From: Candidatus Poribacteria bacterium
GTDB lineage: Bacteria > Poribacteria > WGA-4E > WGA-3G
Direction of reading: 5' to 3'
NCBI GenBank assembly: GCA_003635255.1
Contig: PYJC01000170.1
Location: 2,500 to 66,499, forward strand
DNA length: 64,000 nucleotides
Shown here: piece by piece, positions 1 through 7,704 of the stretch
How the letters are laid out: every line of letters begins with the position of its first letter
How positions within the stretch are numbered: position 1 is the stretch's first letter
The notes under the pieces: generated by a model
What the model was told of the DNA's origin: nothing
Seen by the model: only the letters and a program-made list of their open reading frames with translations
The model's database searches: none
Translations under genes and position numbers: made by a program

Positions 1-136
1 CGGGGATCGCACATTAGAAAGCCAAGATACCAAGCACGCTAACAGTCTTTTGATTGATGCACTTGACAAACAGATAATTGATGCAATCCAGAAACAGGTG
101 ATCCAAGCATTGATGAAACATATACACGTGTTCTGA
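1..136 (+). CDS. 3' end of an upstream gene (partial, C-terminus ...DALDKQIIDAIQKQVIQALMKHIHVF*)
   Basis: Open frame from the window edge to TGA at 134-136 with coding-like composition; no start codon in the window. Confidence 0.35.
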   Translation, partial: GDRTLESQDTKHANSLLIDALDKQIIDAIQKQVIQALMKHIHVF

Positions 137-144
137 GTTTTTTC

Positions 145-173
145 TTGAAAATATCGAAAAATTGTGATATACT
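145..173 (+). promoter_or_regulatory. Sigma70-type promoter for the BMC operon (TTGAAA-17 nt-TATACT with a TG extended -10)
   Basis: ttgaaa at 145-150, 17-nt spacer, tgatatact at 168-173; AGGAGG RBS before the ATG at 307. Confidence 0.5.
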
Positions 174-306
174 TTAAAAAAAGGCGTGGTGTTTAGCATT
201 TCGCTTGACTTCTCTCTGTTTTTTGTTTTTGCGCGAGGCACCTTTTACCGCACAATTATTTTTAAGTCGAAAACCTACTTTCGTTTAGGAGGCTATTAGA
301 ATTAGT

Positions 307-582
307 ATGACCGGAGATGCATTGGGTTTAGTTGAAACGCGAGGTTTAGTTGGAAGCATTGAAGCCGCTGACACAATGGTGAAAGCGGCGAATGTCCAAC
401 TTCTCGGTTACGAACAAGTTGGTGGGGGTTACGTGACTGTCATGGTTCGTGGTGATGTCGGCGCGGTGAAAGCCGCAACGGATGCCGGTGCTGAAGCAGC
501 CGCACGCGTCGGAGAAGTTGTTTCTGTTCACGTAATTCCGCGTCCACATGCTGAAGTCGAAACTCTCTTAAAGAAAGCGTAA
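307..582 (+). CDS. Bacterial microcompartment shell protein, BMC-H (PduA/EutM/CcmK family, Pfam PF00936)
   Basis: 91 aa; [51 protein letters not shown] is the canonical BMC-domain signature; AGGAGG RBS. Confidence 0.9.
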   Translation: MTGDALGLVETRGLVGSIEAADTMVKAANVQLLGYEQVGGGYVTVMVRGDVGAVKAATDAGAEAAARVGEVVSVHVIPRPHAEVETLLKKA

Positions 583-655
583 GCTATTCGTAAGTGAATA
601 ACCACACGTTGTCTAAGAACGTTTGGAACATCCTAAGAAAAAAGGCGAACCATAG

Positions 656-1360
656 ATGCCAAACCGTGACCTTGTTGAGTTGATTACCCGCCGTGTTGTG
701 AACAGACTAACGACCAACCAAGCATGTAGCGGATGTGCTTTGAGAAGTTGTGATGCCGGAAACCGCGCATGTGACGTTGTCACACAACAACAACAGATCC
801 CCGTTGGGGTCTCAGCACGGCATGCCCATGTAACGCAGGAACACCTTGAGATTCTTTACGGTGCCGGGCACCAACTCACCGTCTACGCGCCTCTTTATCA
901 ACCGGAAGCATTCGCTGCGAACGAAACACTTACCATCGTCGGAAAACGGATGCGGGCTATTGAAGCCGTTCGCATTCTCGGACCTGTCCGGGATTACTCC
1001 CAAGTCGAAGTGGCACAAACCGAAGCAATTCGGCTCGGGTTAAGTCCTCCGATTCGAGACTCAGGTGATCTTGCTGGTGCGGAACCTATTACCCTCATCG
1101 GGCCCGCAGGAAGCGTCTATTTAGAGGAGGGTGCTATCTGCGCCACACGGCACATCCACATGACACCAAGTGATGCTAAGGCACTCAATATTCGCGAAGA
1201 AGACCTTCTAAAGGTATATTTCCCCGGTGAGCGTGCTTTGACTTTTGAAAATGTTCGTCCGAAAATTGATGAAAGTTACGTGCTTCAGATGCACTTAGAC
1301 ACCGATGATTCCAATGCCGCAGGTTTGAAGGGCGGCGAACCTGTTGAAATTGTGCGTTAG
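656..1360 (+). CDS. pduL: PduL-type phosphate propanoyl/acetyl-transferase (two PF06130 repeats)
   Basis: Two repeats each carrying an RHxH motif (GVSARHAHVTQEHL and ICATRHIHMTPSDA); about 230 aa; the N-terminal DLVELITRRVVNRL resembles an encapsulation-peptide helix. Confidence 0.8.
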   Translation: MPNRDLVELITRRVVNRLTTNQACSGCALRSCDAGNRACDVVTQQQQIPVGVSARHAHVTQEHLEILYGAGHQLTVYAPLYQPEAFAANETLTIVGKRMRAIEAVRILGPVRDYSQVEVAQTEAIRLGLSPPIRDSGDLAGAEPITLIGPAGSVYLEEGAICATRHIHMTPSDAKALNIREEDLLKVYFPGERALTFENVRPKIDESYVLQMHLDTDDSNAAGLKGGEPVEIVR

Positions 1361-1382
1361 GTGTCCTACATTTTGAACCGAC

Positions 1383-2117
1383 ATGAACCAAGAATTGATC
1401 AATCAGATTCGGAAAATCGTGGAGCAGGTCCTGGAGGCACAAGTATCTACCGCGACGCAACTTGTAGACGAAAAACAACTACTTGCTATCTTTGGCGCGA
1501 CGCAACTTGAATTGGACGAACCGCTCCAGCAACTCAGCACCTGTATACAAGACGGATGGAAAATTACAATAATTCTGTCCGATCTCGCAACTAAAACTAT
1601 AAACTTTGAACCGATCTATGCCGCAGTGGGTGAAGAAAACGTCCTGCAGGAGAATGCACTAACCGATATAGCAACTTTTGTGGATACCTATCAACAAATT
1701 GTGCTTCCCGTTTTTTCGCATCCAATGGCTGCAAAACTCGCCTTAAGGCTTGTAGACACGCCGTGTACCTATCTCGTGTTTGAAGCTCTCTCTCAAGGAA
1801 AACAGGTCATAGCGGTCTCTGACGCACTGAATCAAGGCGAAACTACGAAAAAAATTAACAATATTGAAGTCGAATATGTAAACCTTTTGTCTGAACTTGG
1901 CGTTCAATGGGTACCTATGATGCAAATCGCCGAGTTAGTGACGAAGAAAATGAACGACTCGCCCGAGAGTTTAGACAAACCTCTGATTAGCGCAACGACT
2001 ATTTCAAATCTGGAGGCAAACGTACAGGAGTTGGTTCACGTAAAATCAGCGATTATTACACCACTTGCCCGTGAGCACGCCAAAAAGAGAGGTATTAAAC
2101 TGATACCTAAAAGTTAA
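1383..2117 (+). CDS. Hypothetical BMC-associated protein with an N-terminal encapsulation-peptide-like amphipathic helix
   Basis: 244 aa; N-terminus ELINQIRKIVEQVLEAQ matches the pattern of BMC targeting peptides; co-operonic with BMC-H and pduL; no recognisable catalytic motif. Confidence 0.5.
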   Translation: MNQELINQIRKIVEQVLEAQVSTATQLVDEKQLLAIFGATQLELDEPLQQLSTCIQDGWKITIILSDLATKTINFEPIYAAVGEENVLQENALTDIATFVDTYQQIVLPVFSHPMAAKLALRLVDTPCTYLVFEALSQGKQVIAVSDALNQGETTKKINNIEVEYVNLLSELGVQWVPMMQIAELVTKKMNDSPESLDKPLISATTISNLEANVQELVHVKSAIITPLAREHAKKRGIKLIPKS

Positions 2118-2201
2118 GAAGTATTAGAGTTGTCGGTTTTCGTTAGCATTAACAGGAAATCTGCCCATCTTAAAGTTAAAGACGGAGTTGCGATAAGCAC
2201 A

Positions 2202-2355
2202 TCGGAACTATAGGTGAAAAAGATTGGAGTTATCGAAAGTATCAATTAACTTCGATTAATCCTTGACAATTTTTGCAGTCGGAACTATAGGTGAAAAAGA
2301 TTGGAGTTATCGAAAGTATCAATTAACTTCGATTAATCCTTGACAATTTTTGCAG
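2202..2355 (+). repeat. Perfect tandem duplication, 2 x 77 bp, each unit containing a TTGACA -35 box
   Basis: Unit tcggaactataggtgaaaaagattggagttatcgaaagtatcaattaacttcgattaatccttgacaatttttgcag at 2202-2278 and 2279-2355; the second copy is followed by a TATCAT -10 about 17 nt after TTGACA. Confidence 0.9.
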
Positions 2356-2481
2356 AAAATTGTATCATTTCCGTTAAATAAGAAAACTACCTTTAAGATT
2401 CACGAGGCACCGCGCACAACAGGTCTAAAAAACCCGTTGGCAACGCCAAATGAAGGAGATGTACTTAGAAGGAGATTTACC

Positions 2482-4161
2482 ATGAAAACCCGGATTTCGA
2501 TTTTAAGCGTAGTATGCCTCATCAGTTGTTTTGTAATCGCTGGGTTAGCAACCCCCGCGAATGCAGACCACGATTATTACGCAGACCGGCTGAGTCGCGA
2601 GCATCGCGTCGCAAGCGATGTTGATGAATGGATAGAGCGCGGGAACGCAACGATTACCGCCAGTCCCAGATTTGAGGATGGCGTTCGACTCACCGCCTGG
2701 GCAAGTGACACTCAGAACGCAGAAAACTACGAATTCGCAATTGCCAGCGCGGTATATCTTTTTGAAATTCCAGCAGGAACGCAGTATATTGAAGTTTTGG
2801 TGCGATACCGAGGCGAACCCCATCGACTCGAAATCGAAGATTACGATGAACCCATCGCCGGTCGCGCATGGATCCGCAATACTAAACGCGAGACAACACG
2901 TCGCGGCTATTACGACGAAAACGCTAAAGAGACACGTTACGGCGATACCTTTGTCCTCCGAGCAAAAAACCGCTCTGAACACATTAAGATCCCCGCCATC
3001 GGTCACGTCAAGGACGGATGGATGGAGCTGCATATTGTCGCTGAAGGTGGCGAACAGATTGACGTAGAATATCTTGAGGTCTCCACGTATCGTAGACAAC
3101 CGAAAGTTAGAGTGATTCAACGCTACACACCGACTTACCGGTGGCGCCCTTGGCACCGTTATACCTATCTTTACTTTTACGACGGTCCCATCTATTACGC
3201 GACGGACTACGACTACTATCTCCGATGGAGCTACCCCATCTACGATCACCACTATCTCTCAATCCGCTCGTATTACGGTGGGTACCTCGGACGCTACCGT
3301 GCCTACTATCCAAGTTCCTACTATCGCTGCTATTCACCATATTATTATAGCGGTTCAAGAAGTTACTACGGTGGTACGCCAAAAGTTTATCAGCGACGGA
3401 CGCAATTGAACCGGTGGAGTGCTAAGCATGAAACAACGCGCCGACAGTACAGTCGTAGCCGATTATCTGCTAACAATCAAAGCGGCAATCGAACAGCAGT
3501 ACGGAGAAGCGTCCGCACCACACTCGAAAATCATCGAAGACAGACACCTGCAACAACGGATCGGATTGCGCGCCAGTCTATTATCACGCAGAAACAGCGC
3601 GCCCGCGCTTCCACTTCAACGCTCCGCCAAAGCAAGGTAAGACAGAGCACTTACGCCTCCGAGAGCACAAGAAGTACAAGTACACTCAGTAAGCAGCGGC
3701 GTTACCCTGCGACTACAACACAAAGCGCGAACCGCTATAGCAGTTCAACACAGACACGACGGACGACGCCGCTTTATAGAAACTCAGCACAGACACAACG
3801 GACGACGCCGCTTTATAGACGTTCAACCTCTACTTCAAACCGATCGTTCTCGTCAAGCACAAGTAGTACCTCACGCCCGAAGTATAGAACCACTACTTCA
3901 AATTCGAGTTCGTCTCGCTCGCGATCAAGCATAAGCCGTTCATCCACAAGTTCATCGCGTGAGAGGTCAAGCGTGAGTCGTTCAAACTCGAGTTCAAGTT
4001 CGTCTCGTTCACGTACAAGTGTAAGCCGTTCTTCTTCCACAAAAACACGGACGCGTCCGACGACATCAAGCTCGAGTTCATCGCGTAGCAGCTCAAAGAG
4101 CAGCGACGATGACGATGACGATCGAAGCCGAACAACACAACGGACAAAACGGCGGCGTTAA
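2482..4161 (+). CDS. Secreted protein with a Tyr-rich segment and a long Ser/Arg/Thr-rich low-complexity C-terminus ending in D6
   Basis: GAAGGAG RBS 7 nt before the ATG at 2482; signal peptide MKTRISILSVVCLISCFVIAGLATPANA; YY-rich block; internal DNA repeats at 3760-3830 and 3900-4040; ends ...SSDDDDDDRSRTTQRTKRRR. Confidence 0.7.
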   Translation: MKTRISILSVVCLISCFVIAGLATPANADHDYYADRLSREHRVASDVDEWIERGNATITASPRFEDGVRLTAWASDTQNAENYEFAIASAVYLFEIPAGTQYIEVLVRYRGEPHRLEIEDYDEPIAGRAWIRNTKRETTRRGYYDENAKETRYGDTFVLRAKNRSEHIKIPAIGHVKDGWMELHIVAEGGEQIDVEYLEVSTYRRQPKVRVIQRYTPTYRWRPWHRYTYLYFYDGPIYYATDYDYYLRWSYPIYDHHYLSIRSYYGGYLGRYRAYYPSSYYRCYSPYYYSGSRSYYGGTPKVYQRRTQLNRWSAKHETTRRQYSRSRLSANNQSGNRTAVRRSVRTTLENHRRQTPATTDRIARQSIITQKQRARASTSTLRQSKVRQSTYASESTRSTSTLSKQRRYPATTTQSANRYSSSTQTRRTTPLYRNSAQTQRTTPLYRRSTSTSNRSFSSSTSSTSRPKYRTTTSNSSSSRSRSSISRSSTSSSRERSSVSRSNSSSSSSRSRTSVSRSSSTKTRTRPTTSSSSSSRSSSKSSDDDDDDRSRTTQRTKRRR

Positions 4162-4203
4162 TAGGAGTAGTACAATGGGTTTGGCACAACTTTTTTTCGA
4201 TGT

Positions 4204-4785
4204 GTGAAGCCCATATATCAAATGCGATTTTTGCTAATTATCTTATTACTGTTATTCAGCCTCCACGCCAGCTTTGCGCAGGAGGCTGAAAACAGCACAG
4301 AAGCCGAACAGCAAACGACAGAAACGGCGGAACAAGTTAAACTTGTTTCACCAATCGGTGCTATGGTGCGTTCTGCCGTTTTTCCGGGATGGGGACAGTT
4401 TTATAGTCGTAGTTACTTCCGAGGGAGCCTTACTGTCTTGGGAATAGGAGGTTCCGTTATCGGTGCTTTGTTGGCACAACAATCCTTTAGAAACCGGTAC
4501 GATGCTTATGAAGATCTGGTTTGGCAAGGTTTCCATAGTGAAGAAACAGTATTAGAAAGTTACGAGTATGCAAACCAGAGGTATAAACTCAGGACATTTT
4601 TTATGTATACTGGCATCGGTATTTGGCTTTATAGCCTTATCGATTCTTATGTGAGTGCCAACTTTCATAACGCAACTACCCTGATTCAGTCTATTGAACA
4701 GGATGTACAAGATTCCGAAAAATTTGGGATTGAAATGAGTGCAACCCCTTCACGTCTTTATTTTGGTATTGTTAAAACTTTTTGA
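4204..4785 (+). CDS. Exported or membrane protein with a PGWGQFY motif (DUF5683-like, name uncertain)
   Basis: GTG at 4204 or ATG at 4222; hydrophobic N-terminus and a later TM segment; motif VFPGWGQFYSRSY. Confidence 0.45.
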   Translation: MKPIYQMRFLLIILLLLFSLHASFAQEAENSTEAEQQTTETAEQVKLVSPIGAMVRSAVFPGWGQFYSRSYFRGSLTVLGIGGSVIGALLAQQSFRNRYDAYEDLVWQGFHSEETVLESYEYANQRYKLRTFFMYTGIGIWLYSLIDSYVSANFHNATTLIQSIEQDVQDSEKFGIEMSATPSRLYFGIVKTF

Positions 4786-4803
4786 AACGGGAGAGTGTTT
4801 ATT

Positions 4804-5373
4804 ATGTCCAAAACTTTTGCAAAAGTCAGCAGTGTCCTCATCTTACTCATCTTACTAGTAAGTTTTATGGGGTGTGGAGACGCTGATAAAGTCGGAGAAA
4901 TTCCAACTGAAGAACTCCTTCAAATTAGTAACGTCTTAGATCGATGGCGGGAAGGTTATGAAACAGAAGATGTTAACACCTACATTAACACCTTCTGGGA
5001 AGATGGCTTCCTTTATGTTTCGGATATGGGAACAGACGGCGATAAAACAGACGATGTAGAATTTGATGACATTCGGCAGGAACGAGCTGCCGCGACTCGG
5101 GTCTTTGAACGGTTTCAGGATATTGAGATAGAACTCTCTTCTCCGCCGGAAATTCAGATGAATGAAGATGGCACAGAGGCGGAAGTACGGAACCACTATA
5201 GAATCCAGTTTTTTGTATCAGATGGTCAAACGCTTGAAGGTGGATATACCGGGGCATACGCCGAAGGAGATAACCTCTTTATCTTTGAAAAAAGAAACGA
5301 GGAATGGCGCATAGCCGAGTGGCATGACGAAGCCTTTAACGAAGAAGAAATTCGCATTGCCAATAACTTATAG
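4804..5373 (+). CDS. Lipoprotein with an NTF2/SnoaL-like (DUF4440-like) fold
   Basis: Lipobox LVSFMGC; about 190 aa, acidic; the W/F/Y pattern is typical of NTF2-like proteins. Confidence 0.5.
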   Translation: MSKTFAKVSSVLILLILLVSFMGCGDADKVGEIPTEELLQISNVLDRWREGYETEDVNTYINTFWEDGFLYVSDMGTDGDKTDDVEFDDIRQERAAATRVFERFQDIEIELSSPPEIQMNEDGTEAEVRNHYRIQFFVSDGQTLEGGYTGAYAEGDNLFIFEKRNEEWRIAEWHDEAFNEEEIRIANNL

Positions 5374-5433
5374 GTTTAAGAATAAGGAGGGGCAATTTCT
5401 AGCCCAAGGGGCGGGCAGAAATACTGTACATTC

Positions 5434-6849
5434 ATGCCGCAACAGGAGGAACATCTACGTGATTATCTTCAACTCATCCGAAAGCATGACTTTACGATCT
5501 GCCTCAGTGTCCTACTGGTATTAGGAACCGCTCTCATTATCTCGCTCCGTCTACCTAAAACCTATGCCGCTTCAACCTTAATGTTATTCGTCCAACCCAG
5601 TGCTACATCTTCCCTGTCTTCCGCAAGCCTGTTTCAAAATGTCCTCTCTGGTGGTGTTGATCGACGAGAAATGGAAACAATCAGCACCCGATTTTCTACA
5701 GATTCAATGCTAAATATAGCAATCGAGAACCTTGAGGAGAATGGGCATGCAGAAGCAGTGACCCTTTTCCCACCAGTAGGTAAACTCAAACGAATGCTGA
5801 AGGCACAAGTCAACCCAGACTCCGATTATATTCATCTTTCGCTTGCCTTGGCTGAGGCAGAAGGTGGTGAACGGAATGCAGCACTCCTTGTCAACCAACT
5901 CGCAAGCGATATGCAAATGTTGCGACGTAGAGATAAAGAAACGAAACTCAAAAAACGCGTGGAGCTCATCGGAGATAAACAACAACAAGTCATATCGAAA
6001 TTGGAGAAAGAATCAGACGAACTGCTCAAATTCGTTCGCGAAAATGGAAGCCCAGAAACATGGGTGCCTATTCTGACTAATTTGCTCGAACGCCATGCCA
6101 ATGTCCAAGAAAAAATTGCGGTCAATCAACAGCAACTTTATGCAACGCGCGCCTATATTACACATCTACAAGACCAACTAAATCACTTACCTAAACAAGA
6201 ACAATTATCCGAAACCACTTCCCATAACCCCGTCTGGCTTTTTCAGCAGGAAAAACTCTTCAATCTTGAATCGCAGCGCGTCGCGGATAGAAAAAAAGTA
6301 GGTGCGAATCCATCAAAATTAGAAGGTCTCAACGCACAAATTGACGAAATAGAGAAAAAAAACAAGGATACCTCCCCTATAACTACCACCGCCACTGCCG
6401 GCATCTCCGCACATTATACCTATATACAGAATCAGTTAACAACATCTCTCCCCACCCTCTCAAGTTATGAAAATGCCGAAGAACACCTCAAACGGGAACT
6501 TGATAGCATAAAAACCCAACTGGCAAGGCTATTAATAGAGATCCCCGAAAACCATACGATCCTTACACAAATACAAACCAAGATTCAGAAAATGAATCTG
6601 GTCGCTGAAGAAATTGCTAAACGGTCACTTGAAGCAGAAATATTATATGCCGAATCTAAACTGCCAACCTCTCGTAATCAGATAGGTGGTATTGAAGTCA
6701 TCGACCGCGCCGCACCAAAGAAAATTCCTGTCACCCCGCAACTTAAACTTATTTTTCTTATCGCAGGAATCGCTGGTTTAACTTTAGGTGTTACAGCGGC
6801 TTTGTTCATCGAATATTTTAATAGGACTGTTGTGAACTTAAAAAACTGA
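5434..6849 (+). CDS. wzz: Polysaccharide co-polymerase / chain-length determinant (Wzz/GumC family, no kinase domain)
   Basis: N-terminal TM after the RKHDF region, a long coiled-coil periplasmic region and a C-terminal TM LIFLIAGIAGLTLGVTAALFIEYF; PCP topology. Confidence 0.65.
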   Translation: MPQQEEHLRDYLQLIRKHDFTICLSVLLVLGTALIISLRLPKTYAASTLMLFVQPSATSSLSSASLFQNVLSGGVDRREMETISTRFSTDSMLNIAIENLEENGHAEAVTLFPPVGKLKRMLKAQVNPDSDYIHLSLALAEAEGGERNAALLVNQLASDMQMLRRRDKETKLKKRVELIGDKQQQVISKLEKESDELLKFVRENGSPETWVPILTNLLERHANVQEKIAVNQQQLYATRAYITHLQDQLNHLPKQEQLSETTSHNPVWLFQQEKLFNLESQRVADRKKVGANPSKLEGLNAQIDEIEKKNKDTSPITTTATAGISAHYTYIQNQLTTSLPTLSSYENAEEHLKRELDSIKTQLARLLIEIPENHTILTQIQTKIQKMNLVAEEIAKRSLEAEILYAESKLPTSRNQIGGIEVIDRAAPKKIPVTPQLKLIFLIAGIAGLTLGVTAALFIEYFNRTVVNLKN

Positions 6850-6871
6850 ACATCCCATTCGGAAATATTTA

Positions 6872-6900
6872 AAGCCTCGATTTCGGTTCGAGGCTTTATT
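6872..6900 (+). terminator. Rho-independent terminator after wzz
   Basis: aaagcctcg-atttcggtt-cgaggcttt hairpin followed by an AT-rich run. Confidence 0.6.
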
Positions 6901-7328
6901 AATTTGATAACTTTGTAAAAAAAATGTCAATTTTTCTTAAAATGTAGTATAATATATATTACGCCCGTTGGCATTGTGAGGGTTCATAAATTTATAGCAA
7001 GGCTAGTCGATATTCTTGACTGATGCCTAAGAAAAAACTGATTCGTTATGAGTTGCTGCTGTTTTCAGGGAAACAGTAAATGGCACAAACTACCCACATA
7101 TTAAGGATATATCTCTGTTAGTGTTGCCGCCATTAGCACAATATCAGAAAAAATGTATAAGTAGATCATTTCCAGATTGCTACTTATCCTTAAAAAACAA
7201 AACGGGCGAAAAATCGAAAATGAATAGTACTGATATTAAACTTGAATATTAAACTTGAAAATATATTACGTTTGTGGTATGTTTATTTGAAATTCCACTC
7301 CAATGCGTGTGTTTTTTCTGTTAAAAAC

Positions 7329-7357
7329 TTGACAGAAATTCAAATCGGTGCTATTTT
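7329..7357 (+). promoter_or_regulatory. Candidate promoter (TTGACA-17 nt-TATTTT) giving a roughly 340-nt leader for the 7705 gene
   Basis: ttgacagaaattcaaatcggtgctatttt lies in an 850-bp AT-rich noncoding region. Confidence 0.3.
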
Positions 7358-7704
7358 AGATGCTTAAGAACAGTTTTACAGGCATTTTATTTCACATTTA
7401 TTGTAAATTTCTGTAAAACAAACCCTTAATTTGTTGGAAGGAGACTCGCTTTTTATACGCTTCGCGCGATATTCGCAATTTACGGAATATCCGTCCGGTA
7501 GTGACGAAAAGTAAAAAAATTGAACAAGTGTTACTTTATAACTAACGCAATTTTGGCACCTTTCGTTTACACGCAAAGCGGTTTTCATCCATTTCAAGGT
7601 TTTTGTCGGAAACCCAGGTAAGAGCGCGAATGACGAAATATTCGTGTCGCCGCTCGGTTACCTAAACATCCGATTCATTATCTCCAAGGAGGAAAAACAA
7701 AATA

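Noticed and set aside
14-241. 75-aa minus-strand ORF at the window start
   Set aside because: It overlaps the 3' end of the plus-strand upstream gene and the BMC promoter. It is AT-rich with low-complexity content and has no RBS.
3813-4189. Minus-strand ORFs (75 and 98 aa, ERL/ELE-rich) inside the SR-rich gene
   Set aside because: They are reverse-complement echoes of the Ser/Arg codon repeats (AGC/CGT read as GCT/ACG and so on) and are not independent genes.
7376-7597. 73-aa minus-strand ORF in the 850-bp AT-rich spacer
   Set aside because: It has stop-poor AT-rich composition only, with no RBS. The region is better explained as a leader or regulatory DNA.
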